From: an uncultured archaeon
Lineage (GTDB): Archaea; EX4484-52; JAADEF01
Assembly (NCBI GenBank): GCA_964407715.1
Contig: CAYOWP010000004.1
Coordinates: 1-64,000 of the forward strand
Direction of reading: 5' to 3'
DNA: 64,000 bases
Numbering within the stretch: position 1 is the stretch's first letter; each line of letters opens with the position of its first letter. Made by a program: the position numbers and the translations under genes. The notes under the pieces were generated by a model. The model was not told where the DNA came from and searched no databases. It worked only from the letters and a program-made list of their open reading frames with translations. Below are positions 20,824-29,964 of this stretch, piece after piece.

Positions 20824-21498
20824 TTATAGAAATCCTAAGCTCTCTGTGGCTCTTCCTAATTCAATTGGAGTAGTGATATCTCCAACAACTAAGGAAGTAT
20901 CATTAACAAGAATGCCAGATTTAACATAAGGAGAGCCATAATTAACGGTACCTATATCTCCATCCACTCCCAATACCTCTTTAACTTTCTCATATTCCTC
21001 TTCCTCTGCATATGCAGAGATTAAAAATCCCTTATTATTTGCAACGCCTAAACTACCAACCAAATCCAAATCCATAATCTTGCCTATTTCAACATCTACA
21101 TTCAAGATATCCGCAATCTCTTTCTTATATTTGATAAGTGTCTTTGATATCAATGCACCTTTATTATTGCATAAAATCAGATTGCCAATTACATTTTCCC
21201 TTGCCTTTAAGAATCCAACATTGATATCTACACCTTCCTCTTTCAATGCTTTTTTCAATGCCTTTTTTTCATTATCAGATATGATATCTGATAATAATAT
21301 ACCATTATCATTCATACATGCAAAAATACCTATAAATGGAGTATTATAAATGCTTGCCTTGATAACCCTCACCTTGAATACCTCTGCTATATCTAAATTA
21401 AACGATAGTATCTTAGGCACTATTGCTATCTGATTATTTACGATAGCGTATAGTCCAATGTTAATATCTCCATCTATTTTGCCCTTTAATATAACCAT
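20824..21498 (-). CDS. eif6: Translation initiation factor aIF6
   Basis: NIGLY, VIGNLILCNNKGAL, VGSLGVANNKG, GTVNYGSPYVKSG, TTPIEL motifs. Confidence 0.95.
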   Translation of the reverse strand: MVILKGKIDGDINIGLYAIVNNQIAIVPKILSFNLDIAEVFKVRVIKASIYNTPFIGIFACMNDNGILLSDIISDNEKKALKKALKEEGVDINVGFLKARENVIGNLILCNNKGALISKTLIKYKKEIADILNVDVEIGKIMDLDLVGSLGVANNKGFLISAYAEEEEYEKVKEVLGVDGDIGTVNYGSPYVKSGILVNDTSLVVGDITTPIELGRATESLGFL

Positions 21499-21500
21499 AA

Positions 21501-22529
21501 TTAACCACAAAACAACCCTTCAGCTGATGCATTTTCCTCATTAGATAAAGTTAAGTTGCATTCCTCTGGAGAATCTATAAATGCCTCGCATATGGCATCT
21601 TTTAAGGCTTGTGTACTTCTCTCACCGTTATATTTGTAGTCATTTATAAATAAAGTTGGTGATGCTTTTATGCCCTTTGCAGATGTTGCCTCGTATTCTG
21701 ATAAAACAATCTTATCAAACTCGTTATTATACTCTTCCTCTATCCTTTCAACATCTAAATTCAAGTTTTTAGCAATTTCTTTCCAGCAATCCTCTATATT
21801 ATTGAGGCTACATTCCTTATTAACCTCAACCACATACTCCGCCCATGTCTCTATGCCATAGAGATTATAAATTACCTTTTCTCTCACATCCTGATAAAGC
21901 TCCCTGTTACCATGTAATGACCAATATTTCTCTCCATTAATCTCAACTATTTCTTCGCTATTGTAGGGATTGTCTCCTTTATAGATAATATAATGAGGGA
22001 CAAAATTAACCTTATCCTTTAAGAGCTTGATAACTCCTATCATGACATTTTCTATTTGATTTCCATACGGGCAAAAGGACATCACATTTATACTTACATT
22101 TGGAACTTCGCTCTTTGTGATATTTGGTTTTGGAATTTCAAAGTGCTCAACTACCTCTACCTTTTGTAAAAATGCTGTCTCTCCATCACATGAAATATAG
22201 AGAGGATGAGGATATTCCCTTCCATTAATTAAAAAATATACCTCATAAAGACAATCGTTGAATTTTTTTACATCATTAACCTCCACATCCAATGATAAAG
22301 AATCAAGATTCATCCCCATTGATGAATAATAATCATATAGCAACTTTGTAAAAGTATTCTTTGCAAGCTCTCCTGCTTGTTTCTCACTTATCAATGATTT
22401 TTGATTTAATGTGCTTGGATGTGTAAGGTATCCCATTAAAAATCCAACTACTATCCCAACAATGCCAATGATCATGATCATATAATCCTTTGATATCTTT
22501 AAAGATATCTTTTTGTCTTTTTTACTCAT
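21501..22529 (-). CDS. Membrane-anchored thioredoxin-fold protein (DsbA/DsbC/GILT-like)
   Basis: GGAGGTGA RBS; N-terminal TM; LYEV...LYISCDG; VMSFCPYG active-site-like loop; GIKASPTLFIN cis-Pro loop. Confidence 0.7.
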   Translation of the reverse strand: MSKKDKKISLKISKDYMIMIIGIVGIVVGFLMGYLTHPSTLNQKSLISEKQAGELAKNTFTKLLYDYYSSMGMNLDSLSLDVEVNDVKKFNDCLYEVYFLINGREYPHPLYISCDGETAFLQKVEVVEHFEIPKPNITKSEVPNVSINVMSFCPYGNQIENVMIGVIKLLKDKVNFVPHYIIYKGDNPYNSEEIVEINGEKYWSLHGNRELYQDVREKVIYNLYGIETWAEYVVEVNKECSLNNIEDCWKEIAKNLNLDVERIEEEYNNEFDKIVLSEYEATSAKGIKASPTLFINDYKYNGERSTQALKDAICEAFIDSPEECNLTLSNEENASAEGLFCG

Positions 22530-22533
22530 TATT

Positions 22534-24012
22534 TCACCTCCTAACAACAATTGTTTTTATTTTTGTAAACTCTAATATAGATTCTCCTATTCCCTCTCTG
22601 CCTGTTCCAGAACCTTTATTCCCGCCAAATGGGAAGTATCCTATTCCATGTGTGGGATGTGCGTTTATTGTTATTTCTCCCTCTCCCAATTCCTTTGCTA
22701 TTTCAATACCTCGCGATGTGTCAGCAATAAATATGCTTGCATCAAGTCCATATTTTGTATCCTTTGCCTTTTTTATTGCATCATCCAAATCTTTTGCTGT
22801 GGTTATGGTAATTACAGGACCAAAGGTCTCTTCATAGAATATCTTCATCTCATTTGTTACGTTATCTAAAATAGCAGGTGTAATTACATTATCTCCTTTT
22901 CTTTCATATCCATAAACAAGAGTTGCTCCTTTTGTTAAAGCATCTCTTATTAGCTCCTCTACCTTATCTGCAGCATCCTTGTCAATTAAAGGAACCAAAT
23001 TTGTATTTGGATCATAGGGATCCCCAAATCTCCAGTTATCCATCTCTTTTAACAATGCATCTATCAGTTTTTGTTTAATTTCCTCTAAAACAATAACCCT
23101 ATTTATGGCATCACATCTCTGTCCTGAGAATTTTAAAGCTCCCTTGGATATTTCCTTTGCATACATCTCGATGTTCTTATCATCTAAAACCAATGCATTT
23201 CCCTTACCTCCCAGTTCAGAATGGAATTTTTTAAATGTAAGTTTAGATGCTATTTTTTCTCCCACATATGTAGAACCTGTAAATGAAACCATATCTGTAA
23301 AATCATGTTGCAACAATATATCTCCAATCTCTGAGGATCTTCCCGTAACAACATTGAATATCCTCTTATCAACTCCCACTTTCTCAGCAGCCTTATCAAA
23401 AGCCTGAGCAAGAAGAATAGAAGAGATTGGGGTTTTAAGAGAAGGTTTTGCAACTATTACATTACCAGAAAGAAGTGCAGGGATTACCTTTATCATCAGT
23501 GTTAGAGCAGGATAATTGAAAGGAGAAATGCACACAACACCACCATAAGGTTCCCTTATGATTATGGCATATTTTCCATCACTGCCAAAACCAAATTCTC
23601 CATCCTTAAATGTCGGTTGTAGTATCTCTACTTCTCTTTCTACATATTTGAATCGCTCTATTAATGCATTCACCTCTCCCTCAGCATAATGAATGCTTTT
23701 TCCAGATTCCTTAATCAATATGTCTATTAGCTTGTCCTTTATCTTTTCTATTTCTTCTTTCCATGCATACATTAGAGATAGTCTCTGCTTTATGCTGCTC
23801 TTCTTCCAGTATTCTTTTATCTCTATCAAAGAATCCAGTACCTCGGTTGCTCTTTCCTTGCTAATTAAAGAAACCTGAGCAAATTCTTTTAAATCATGAG
23901 GGGATACCACTCCTTTTCTATCTTCAGAATATTCGAAATTTCCTAACACATAATACGGATATACATTCTCCTCTTCATTAAAAGACATAATATTCTTATA
24001 GTTGAAATACAT
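22534..24012 (-). CDS. Aldehyde dehydrogenase, probably non-phosphorylating GAPDH (GAPN-like)
   Basis: ISPFNYP, SFTGS, ELGGK, FSGQRC, EETFGPV, FPFGG.KGSG motifs; substrate inferred. Confidence 0.85.
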   Translation of the reverse strand: MYFNYKNIMSFNEEENVYPYYVLGNFEYSEDRKGVVSPHDLKEFAQVSLISKERATEVLDSLIEIKEYWKKSSIKQRLSLMYAWKEEIEKIKDKLIDILIKESGKSIHYAEGEVNALIERFKYVEREVEILQPTFKDGEFGFGSDGKYAIIIREPYGGVVCISPFNYPALTLMIKVIPALLSGNVIVAKPSLKTPISSILLAQAFDKAAEKVGVDKRIFNVVTGRSSEIGDILLQHDFTDMVSFTGSTYVGEKIASKLTFKKFHSELGGKGNALVLDDKNIEMYAKEISKGALKFSGQRCDAINRVIVLEEIKQKLIDALLKEMDNWRFGDPYDPNTNLVPLIDKDAADKVEELIRDALTKGATLVYGYERKGDNVITPAILDNVTNEMKIFYEETFGPVITITTAKDLDDAIKKAKDTKYGLDASIFIADTSRGIEIAKELGEGEITINAHPTHGIGYFPFGGNKGSGTGREGIGESILEFTKIKTIVVRR

Positions 24013-24060
24013 TTTAAAAATTTTTAGATTTTATCACCCAACAAGAGACTTCCTCATCAA

Positions 24061-24660
24061 AAGCCTTTGGAAAGTGATTTTCCCTGCGTTAACCAGTTAT
24101 TTTGATAAATATGGTTAACGGGAGAGAGAGCCATTTGAGAGAGCTGAGTATAGTATGATAGCCTTTGAAAGCAGTTAGGAAGCAACTAACCTTTAAAAGC
24201 GGTTAGCTGCTCTAAAATCTTTGTGTTAGTGATATCTTCCCGTTAACCAATTTTTTATTTTTAAAAATGGTTAAGGGGAAGTATACCTTCTCAAAGGATA
24301 TCTTACAGCAGCTAACCATTTCAAAGCAGTTAGGAAGCAGCTAACCTTTTAGGGAAGGTTACCATACTCCTAAGCCTTTGTGTTAGTGATATCTTCGCGT
24401 TAACCAATTTTTTATTTTTAAAAATGGTTAAGGGGAAAAATACCTCATCAAAGAATATCAAACAGCAGCTAACCTTAAATTGGGTTACTATGCTGTAAAA
24501 CCTTAGTTATAGTGATATCTTCGCGTTAACCAGTTATATTCAAATAAAAAACATGGTTAAATGGAAAACCTGACCATCTGAAAAACCATGGTAGAGCAGC
24601 TACCCAAAATAAATGGGTTAAGAAGCGAAAAGTTTCTGAAAAGGATAGTATGGAGCAACA
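24061..24660 (-). repeat. Tandem array A3 of modular palindromic units
   Basis: CGTTAACC at 24087, 24241, 24398, 24524 (spacing 154/157/126); 24219-24280 nearly identical to 24376-24437. Confidence 0.9.
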
Positions 24661-24668
24661 TGGATAGT

Positions 24669-24825
24669 GGCATTATCCAATCATTCTCCATTTGTTAAGC
24701 GGAAGAGTAACCTCTTAAAGAACCGCATTAAAGTAGCGAACCTTATAGAGCTGATGCGATTACCGCTATAAGTGCTATTTGCGCGTTAAATTTCCGCTTA
24801 ACAATAAAAAATTTTGGACAAAGCC
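24669..24825 (+). mobile_element. Short MITE-like element B1 (157 bp) abutting array A3
   Basis: Imperfect terminal inverted repeats GGCATTATCCAA...TTGTTAAGCGGAA / TTCCGCTTAACAA...TTGGACAAAGCC; co-linear with the elements at 47.7, 53.8 and 55.3 kb. Confidence 0.75.
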
Positions 24826-24910
24826 CTCAATGCCTAATGAAGAGTTAATATTTTAAATTTTTTGGTTTATATCTCTTATTTTTATTTTTATTTTAAGTTT
24901 ATGGAGGGAG

Positions 24911-25153
24911 ATGATGAGGTTTGAGAAAATATCTCGATTAACAGAGATTTGTATTAAAGAGGGAGGTAACTTTTATGTTATCTTGAATGGCAATGTTTAT
25001 TGTGGGATAGCTCGTACTCGCGGTCCTGTAGAATGTCCATATTGCTGTAAAGAAAAAGACATAAATGGGTTATATAAGTGTACATATGAAGGATATACAA
25101 AAATTAGGGATATGATTCTCTACAAAAAACCGCTTAATGATAAGAAATTATAA
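24911..25153 (+). CDS. Small Cys-rich hypothetical protein
   Basis: GGAGGGAG RBS; C...C...CPYCC...C pattern. Confidence 0.6.
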   Translation: MMRFEKISRLTEICIKEGGNFYVILNGNVYCGIARTRGPVECPYCCKEKDINGLYKCTYEGYTKIRDMILYKKPLNDKKL

Positions 25154-26729
25154 AATTTTTTATAATTATATTAACAATATGAAGATTGAACATTCAGGAA
25201 CTTTTCCTTATTCAAAGATCCTTTTGTATGGAATGATAATTGAAATTGGATTGTTTTCATTTATAACATCTTGGTATTTTTATCCATGGGATTTTTTGTC
25301 ATATTTGCTAAATGGGGATTACTTATTTGGGAATGGAGAATATTATGAAATATACAGACCTCCTTGCCTCTCTTTTTTCCTCTTTCTATTGAAATTATTT
25401 TTTCAAAATAAATATCTTATATTATTTTCCTTTATTTTTATGTCATCAATATTTTTTATTTACTCTATAGAACATATCTTAAACTCATTACCCATCAAAA
25501 ATAGAGATCATGCAAGGTTGCTGATATTTTTTGTACTTGGTATGAATCCTGTCTTTATTGCTTTCTCTTTTATCCCATCGGGTACTGAAATCATTTCTAT
25601 AAGTTTCGCTATGTTAGGAATCTCATACCTTCTTTCTTCCAATGGCATAAAAGATGCAACATTAAGTGGAATCTTGCTCTCACTCTCTTCCCTAACAAGA
25701 TATAATTTTCTAATTTTGTTTCCTATCTTGTTTTTTCACAGAAAACTTAAGAAAATATTTTTTGCAATTGTTTCATTTTCTATGCCTTGGCTCTTCTGGC
25801 TAATATATAACAAAGTAATGTATGGTAAATTCCTTTATAGTTTTATAGACTCATATTTCCTTAATGTATACTATCGAGAAACAATATCACAATCACCTTC
25901 TTTCAATGAACTTCTTTTCTTATTCGTGATTATCATTACAACATCTCTTTTTTTAATATACGTGCTTAAAAAATTACTTTTCTATCATATAGAATACAAA
26001 AAGCAAATAATCGCTCTGCTTTTTATATCATTATATATTTTATTGACCTCCCTCTATACCTTTATTATTATGCCTCTAAAAATAAAGAGATATATTTATC
26101 CTATAACTATCTCTTATATTCTCTTTGTTCTAATCTACCAAATGCTAATATCTAGCAAAAGAAAAGTAAAAATCAACAAAAGAACCATAAAAATTGGAGC
26201 AATATCTTTTATCATCTTGCTTGTTTCTTTTAATATTTTTTATGCGCAATATCTCTCTTTTTATGAGTTCAAAAATCACTATGCTCCAATCCAAGAAGAA
26301 ATCGAAAATGTTTATGAATATATAAAAAATGCTTCCTGTATATACTCTGATTATTGGATTTATTATAATGCTCTTAATATTAAAGCATATCCTGAAGGAT
26401 TCTTATATGATCCGCTTACAAAATCTTTTGATACACGTAATCTCAATAGTAATTGTTCATACATTATCTTGCATGAAAATAAAGTAGATATCTTTCCTTA
26501 TTATAATGAAACCTTTAAAATGAAAGAGATAAATCAAACAAAGATATATTTTATATCCTCAGTACTCTTAAGGAAAGAAAGCACTCAAAATGCATACTTT
26601 AAAAGATATAAAAATAAAGTGGTCATAGATAACATATATTGGTATTCTTTGTTGTATGAAGATCCAAATTTATTTTATAAAGTATGCTCAGATGCTTTTG
26701 GCATTTTCTCTTTTGCAATGTGCAAGTGA
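25137..26729 (+). CDS. GT-C fold membrane glycosyltransferase (PMT/ArnT-like)
   Basis: Many TM helices; WD, YRPP, TE, LTRY, RY motifs; C-terminal soluble domain. Confidence 0.75.
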   Translation: MIRNYKIFYNYINNMKIEHSGTFPYSKILLYGMIIEIGLFSFITSWYFYPWDFLSYLLNGDYLFGNGEYYEIYRPPCLSFFLFLLKLFFQNKYLILFSFIFMSSIFFIYSIEHILNSLPIKNRDHARLLIFFVLGMNPVFIAFSFIPSGTEIISISFAMLGISYLLSSNGIKDATLSGILLSLSSLTRYNFLILFPILFFHRKLKKIFFAIVSFSMPWLFWLIYNKVMYGKFLYSFIDSYFLNVYYRETISQSPSFNELLFLFVIIITTSLFLIYVLKKLLFYHIEYKKQIIALLFISLYILLTSLYTFIIMPLKIKRYIYPITISYILFVLIYQMLISSKRKVKINKRTIKIGAISFIILLVSFNIFYAQYLSFYEFKNHYAPIQEEIENVYEYIKNASCIYSDYWIYYNALNIKAYPEGFLYDPLTKSFDTRNLNSNCSYIILHENKVDIFPYYNETFKMKEINQTKIYFISSVLLRKESTQNAYFKRYKNKVVIDNIYWYSLLYEDPNLFYKVCSDAFGIFSFAMCK

Positions 26730-26821
26730 TTGAAGTACTTTTTAATAGAAGTAACCAAAAATTTTAAATATTTTGATATATCAATATATTTATATACATT
26801 TGTTTATCTAAAGGTGATTAA

Positions 26822-27574
26822 ATGTCTCAACGAGTTATAGGGATTTTGTCAGGTAAAGGAGGAGTGGGAAAAACTGTCACATCTCTAAATCTTGGGTTGG
26901 CATTACATCAATTCGGAGAAGATGTTGTTGTAATAGATGCAGATATTACAGCTTCAAATTTAGGGTTGCATTTAGGAATGTACAATTTTCCGCATGGTCT
27001 TCAAGATGTATTAAATAATGATCTCGACATCGAAAAGGCAATGTATATGCATCATACAGGATTACGAGTAATACCAGCATCATTAGATATCTCATCTTTA
27101 AAGGCAGATATCTCACAATTAAAGAAGGTAGTGAAGGAAATCCCTGCAGAAATAATACTTATAGATGCTCCACCAGGCATAAATGAAGATGTATTGGCTG
27201 TGTTAAATGCATCAAAAGAAATTATGATCGTAACAAATCCTGACATTCCGACAGTTACAAATGCCATGAAGATTTCACGGGTATCAGAAAAATATAAAAG
27301 GCATGTTTCTGGTGTGATAGTTAATAGATACCTTGGAAATGCATATGAATTAAATATTGATGAGATTGAAATGATGATAGAATCACAAATATATGGTGTA
27401 GTACCTGAAGATCCTTATGTGAGAGAAAGTATTTATCAAAAAATTCCAATTGTGGCGTATAAACCTTTTAGTCCTGCATCAATAGCATTTAAACAGATTG
27501 CGGCTAAGATAATAGGTAAGGTATATAAACTCCCAAGATTTTATAGAATAAAAAGATTATTGGGATTAATATGA
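26822..27574 (+). CDS. minD: MinD/ParA-family ATPase (archaeal MinD-like)
   Basis: SGKGGVGKT deviant Walker A, VIDAD, IDAPPG, VIVNR, VPED; C-terminal amphipathic tail. Confidence 0.88.
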   Translation: MSQRVIGILSGKGGVGKTVTSLNLGLALHQFGEDVVVIDADITASNLGLHLGMYNFPHGLQDVLNNDLDIEKAMYMHHTGLRVIPASLDISSLKADISQLKKVVKEIPAEIILIDAPPGINEDVLAVLNASKEIMIVTNPDIPTVTNAMKISRVSEKYKRHVSGVIVNRYLGNAYELNIDEIEMMIESQIYGVVPEDPYVRESIYQKIPIVAYKPFSPASIAFKQIAAKIIGKVYKLPRFYRIKRLLGLI

Positions 27575-29952
27575 GAAAAAGAAAATTTTTGTTGTGTAGT
27601 GTGGTGGTATTCTTACTTTTGATATCTCTTAAAAATGTTTATGCTCAAATTGAAGTTATTAGTTATGATAAGTATGTTATCTTTTCTGATGAGGAATTAA
27701 AAACAGTAAGTGTAAGCTTTGCATGTCAAAAAGATAATGCTTCTGTAACTGATGCAATTGCAAAATATGATAATTTCGGGTTTGTAAAAGCCACTTATAA
27801 TGGAGCATACTATACAGCAAACCTTCAGATATTCAATATGCTAGGTCTTTATGGTAATAAGACGATAACTATTTCATGTATCTATTCTGATTCAACAACA
27901 GAAACCAAGTATATACATATTATAGTAGATAAAATATATTTAGAAATTAAGGAACCAACATTCTCTGACCCAGTTGAGGTATATAATGGAGAATATGTTA
28001 CCTCATTAAAAGTTATGCTCAGTTCTTATTATCTTAATACTGATCCCTATTCATTACAAAATCTAAGAGTTGTGCTAAAATCGTCTGAGAGCACATATAC
28101 TATAGAAAGTCCTTTAATATCATACAATGGGAATGAGATGAACATAATATTTTATGTTCCATATGATATAAAAGAAGGATTATATGATATCTATGTTAAA
28201 GCAGCATACTCGTACTATGGAACAAATTTACAATTAGAATCCAAATCACCAAGAAGTTTAAATGTACGCTCACCTATAAAGATAGAAATGCTTTCTCCTT
28301 CCAAAGGAAGTACAATAAAGCTGGATACATCAAAAAGAATTTCTATATCCTTTAAAGTATATGAAAAAGATGAAGAATTAATTGATCTCAGTGATACCAA
28401 CTTCAAATTTAAACTTGGAGATAAGGAATTAGAATATGAGGTAAAATATGATGAGCAAAATGCAAGATATGTTGCAACAGTATATTTAGTGAAAGGTAAT
28501 GATGGTAACAAAACACAAGATACTTTATTCATTTTCATTAAAGATTATAAAGATTATCCTGAACTTAAATTCCCTATTTTGAATGTGGAGTATGTTGTAT
28601 CACTTAAAGGATCAACATTAATAAAAGGAGGTAAGATTATAAATGCGAAATTTATACTTGAAGGAAACAATAAAGTATATGAGTTTTCCACAGATAATAA
28701 AGGTAATTATAATATTCTTGTGCCAAAAGGAACATATAATGTAACATTAATATTAAATAATATAGACAAAATTATATTTTATGATGTTGAAATAGATAAT
28801 ACCTTAGACTCTTTTATAAAGATAGATTATCCTTCAATATCTAATGATAAATTCAGAATTATAAAATCTCTTGTGGTTGAGATATCTTCTCCATATTCAT
28901 ATGCAAAATCAGAGATTTATTATGATGACACTAAAATAGTTGATGAAAGAAACATTATTGCATTATATTGTGATTATTGGAATTTTGGTTTACAGAAATG
29001 TAATGGTGATTTAAAGAAATATGATTATAATATAAATATAATATCTAATAGGATATATCTTGACAAATTTGAAGGTAATGTCATTATCTCAGAAAAAAAG
29101 AGGCTCTATATCACATTAGATGTGGAAAAAAAAGATTATTATGTAGGTGATGAAATAAAAGTCACAGGATATATAAAGGATTTTGATGGCAATCCACAAA
29201 GTGGTATCGAGATAAAATATAAGATAAAAGGAACAGATATAGAAGGAGATGTGAATACAGATGAAAATGGCAAGTTTGAGATATCTTTCATTGCGCCTAA
29301 TATAAATAGAAGATATGAGAAAAAGGAATTAGTAGTGTTCATTCCATCTTCAGAAGTTAAGGCAGAAAATAAAAGCATAGTGTTTAACATTGAAAAAAGA
29401 GTACGATTAGTTGGTTATGTTGAAGAAATAGTAGATGTGTACAAAGGAGTAGAAACAGAGATACCTATAACAATATCAAATGAGGGAGATCTTGATTTAA
29501 CAGATATAGAGATAAGATTGGCAGGTATCAAAGAGGATTGGTATACTTTCACACCTTCCTTTATCGAAACTTTAAAAGCAGGAGACAAAGTCAAAGTTAG
29601 ATTAAGAGTAAAAATTACATGTGGTAATGAATGTAAAGATTATTACTTTGTTAATATGCGCATAAAAAGCAAAGAAGCAACAGAGGATGTAAGTTTTACA
29701 TTGAGGGTATTGGATAAAGCCAACACCACTGCTACGCTATCAAGTAAGCAAACTCAGGAAAAAAGCATATTTTCAGGAATCTCAGATGCCATAACAGGAA
29801 AAATAACAAGCATAAATATAAATAGCAGCAATGTCAATTATTATATAATCATTGCATTTTTCATAGCAGCATTTATAATAATAACCATAAAGAAAAGGTC
29901 GCGCAGAAGATCAAGGATAAGCAGAGCAATTATAATAAAAAAGAATTTTTAA
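27571..29952 (+). CDS. Large surface protein with Ig-like/CARDB-like domains, signal peptide and C-terminal TM anchor
   Basis: Signal peptide; TDNKGNY and TDENGKF Ig-like motifs; ISNEGD CARDB-like motif; TM followed by basic tail. Confidence 0.75.
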   Translation: MRKRKFLLCSVVVFLLLISLKNVYAQIEVISYDKYVIFSDEELKTVSVSFACQKDNASVTDAIAKYDNFGFVKATYNGAYYTANLQIFNMLGLYGNKTITISCIYSDSTTETKYIHIIVDKIYLEIKEPTFSDPVEVYNGEYVTSLKVMLSSYYLNTDPYSLQNLRVVLKSSESTYTIESPLISYNGNEMNIIFYVPYDIKEGLYDIYVKAAYSYYGTNLQLESKSPRSLNVRSPIKIEMLSPSKGSTIKLDTSKRISISFKVYEKDEELIDLSDTNFKFKLGDKELEYEVKYDEQNARYVATVYLVKGNDGNKTQDTLFIFIKDYKDYPELKFPILNVEYVVSLKGSTLIKGGKIINAKFILEGNNKVYEFSTDNKGNYNILVPKGTYNVTLILNNIDKIIFYDVEIDNTLDSFIKIDYPSISNDKFRIIKSLVVEISSPYSYAKSEIYYDDTKIVDERNIIALYCDYWNFGLQKCNGDLKKYDYNINIISNRIYLDKFEGNVIISEKKRLYITLDVEKKDYYVGDEIKVTGYIKDFDGNPQSGIEIKYKIKGTDIEGDVNTDENGKFEISFIAPNINRRYEKKELVVFIPSSEVKAENKSIVFNIEKRVRLVGYVEEIVDVYKGVETEIPITISNEGDLDLTDIEIRLAGIKEDWYTFTPSFIETLKAGDKVKVRLRVKITCGNECKDYYFVNMRIKSKEATEDVSFTLRVLDKANTTATLSSKQTQEKSIFSGISDAITGKITSININSSNVNYYIIIAFFIAAFIIITIKKRSRRRSRISRAIIIKKNF

Positions 29953-29964
29953 AAGTGATGTCAT

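Noticed and set aside
24061-24825. Replication origin with ORB repeats
   Set aside because: No ORB consensus recognised, no cdc6/orc1 nearby, and the same repeats recur at many loci
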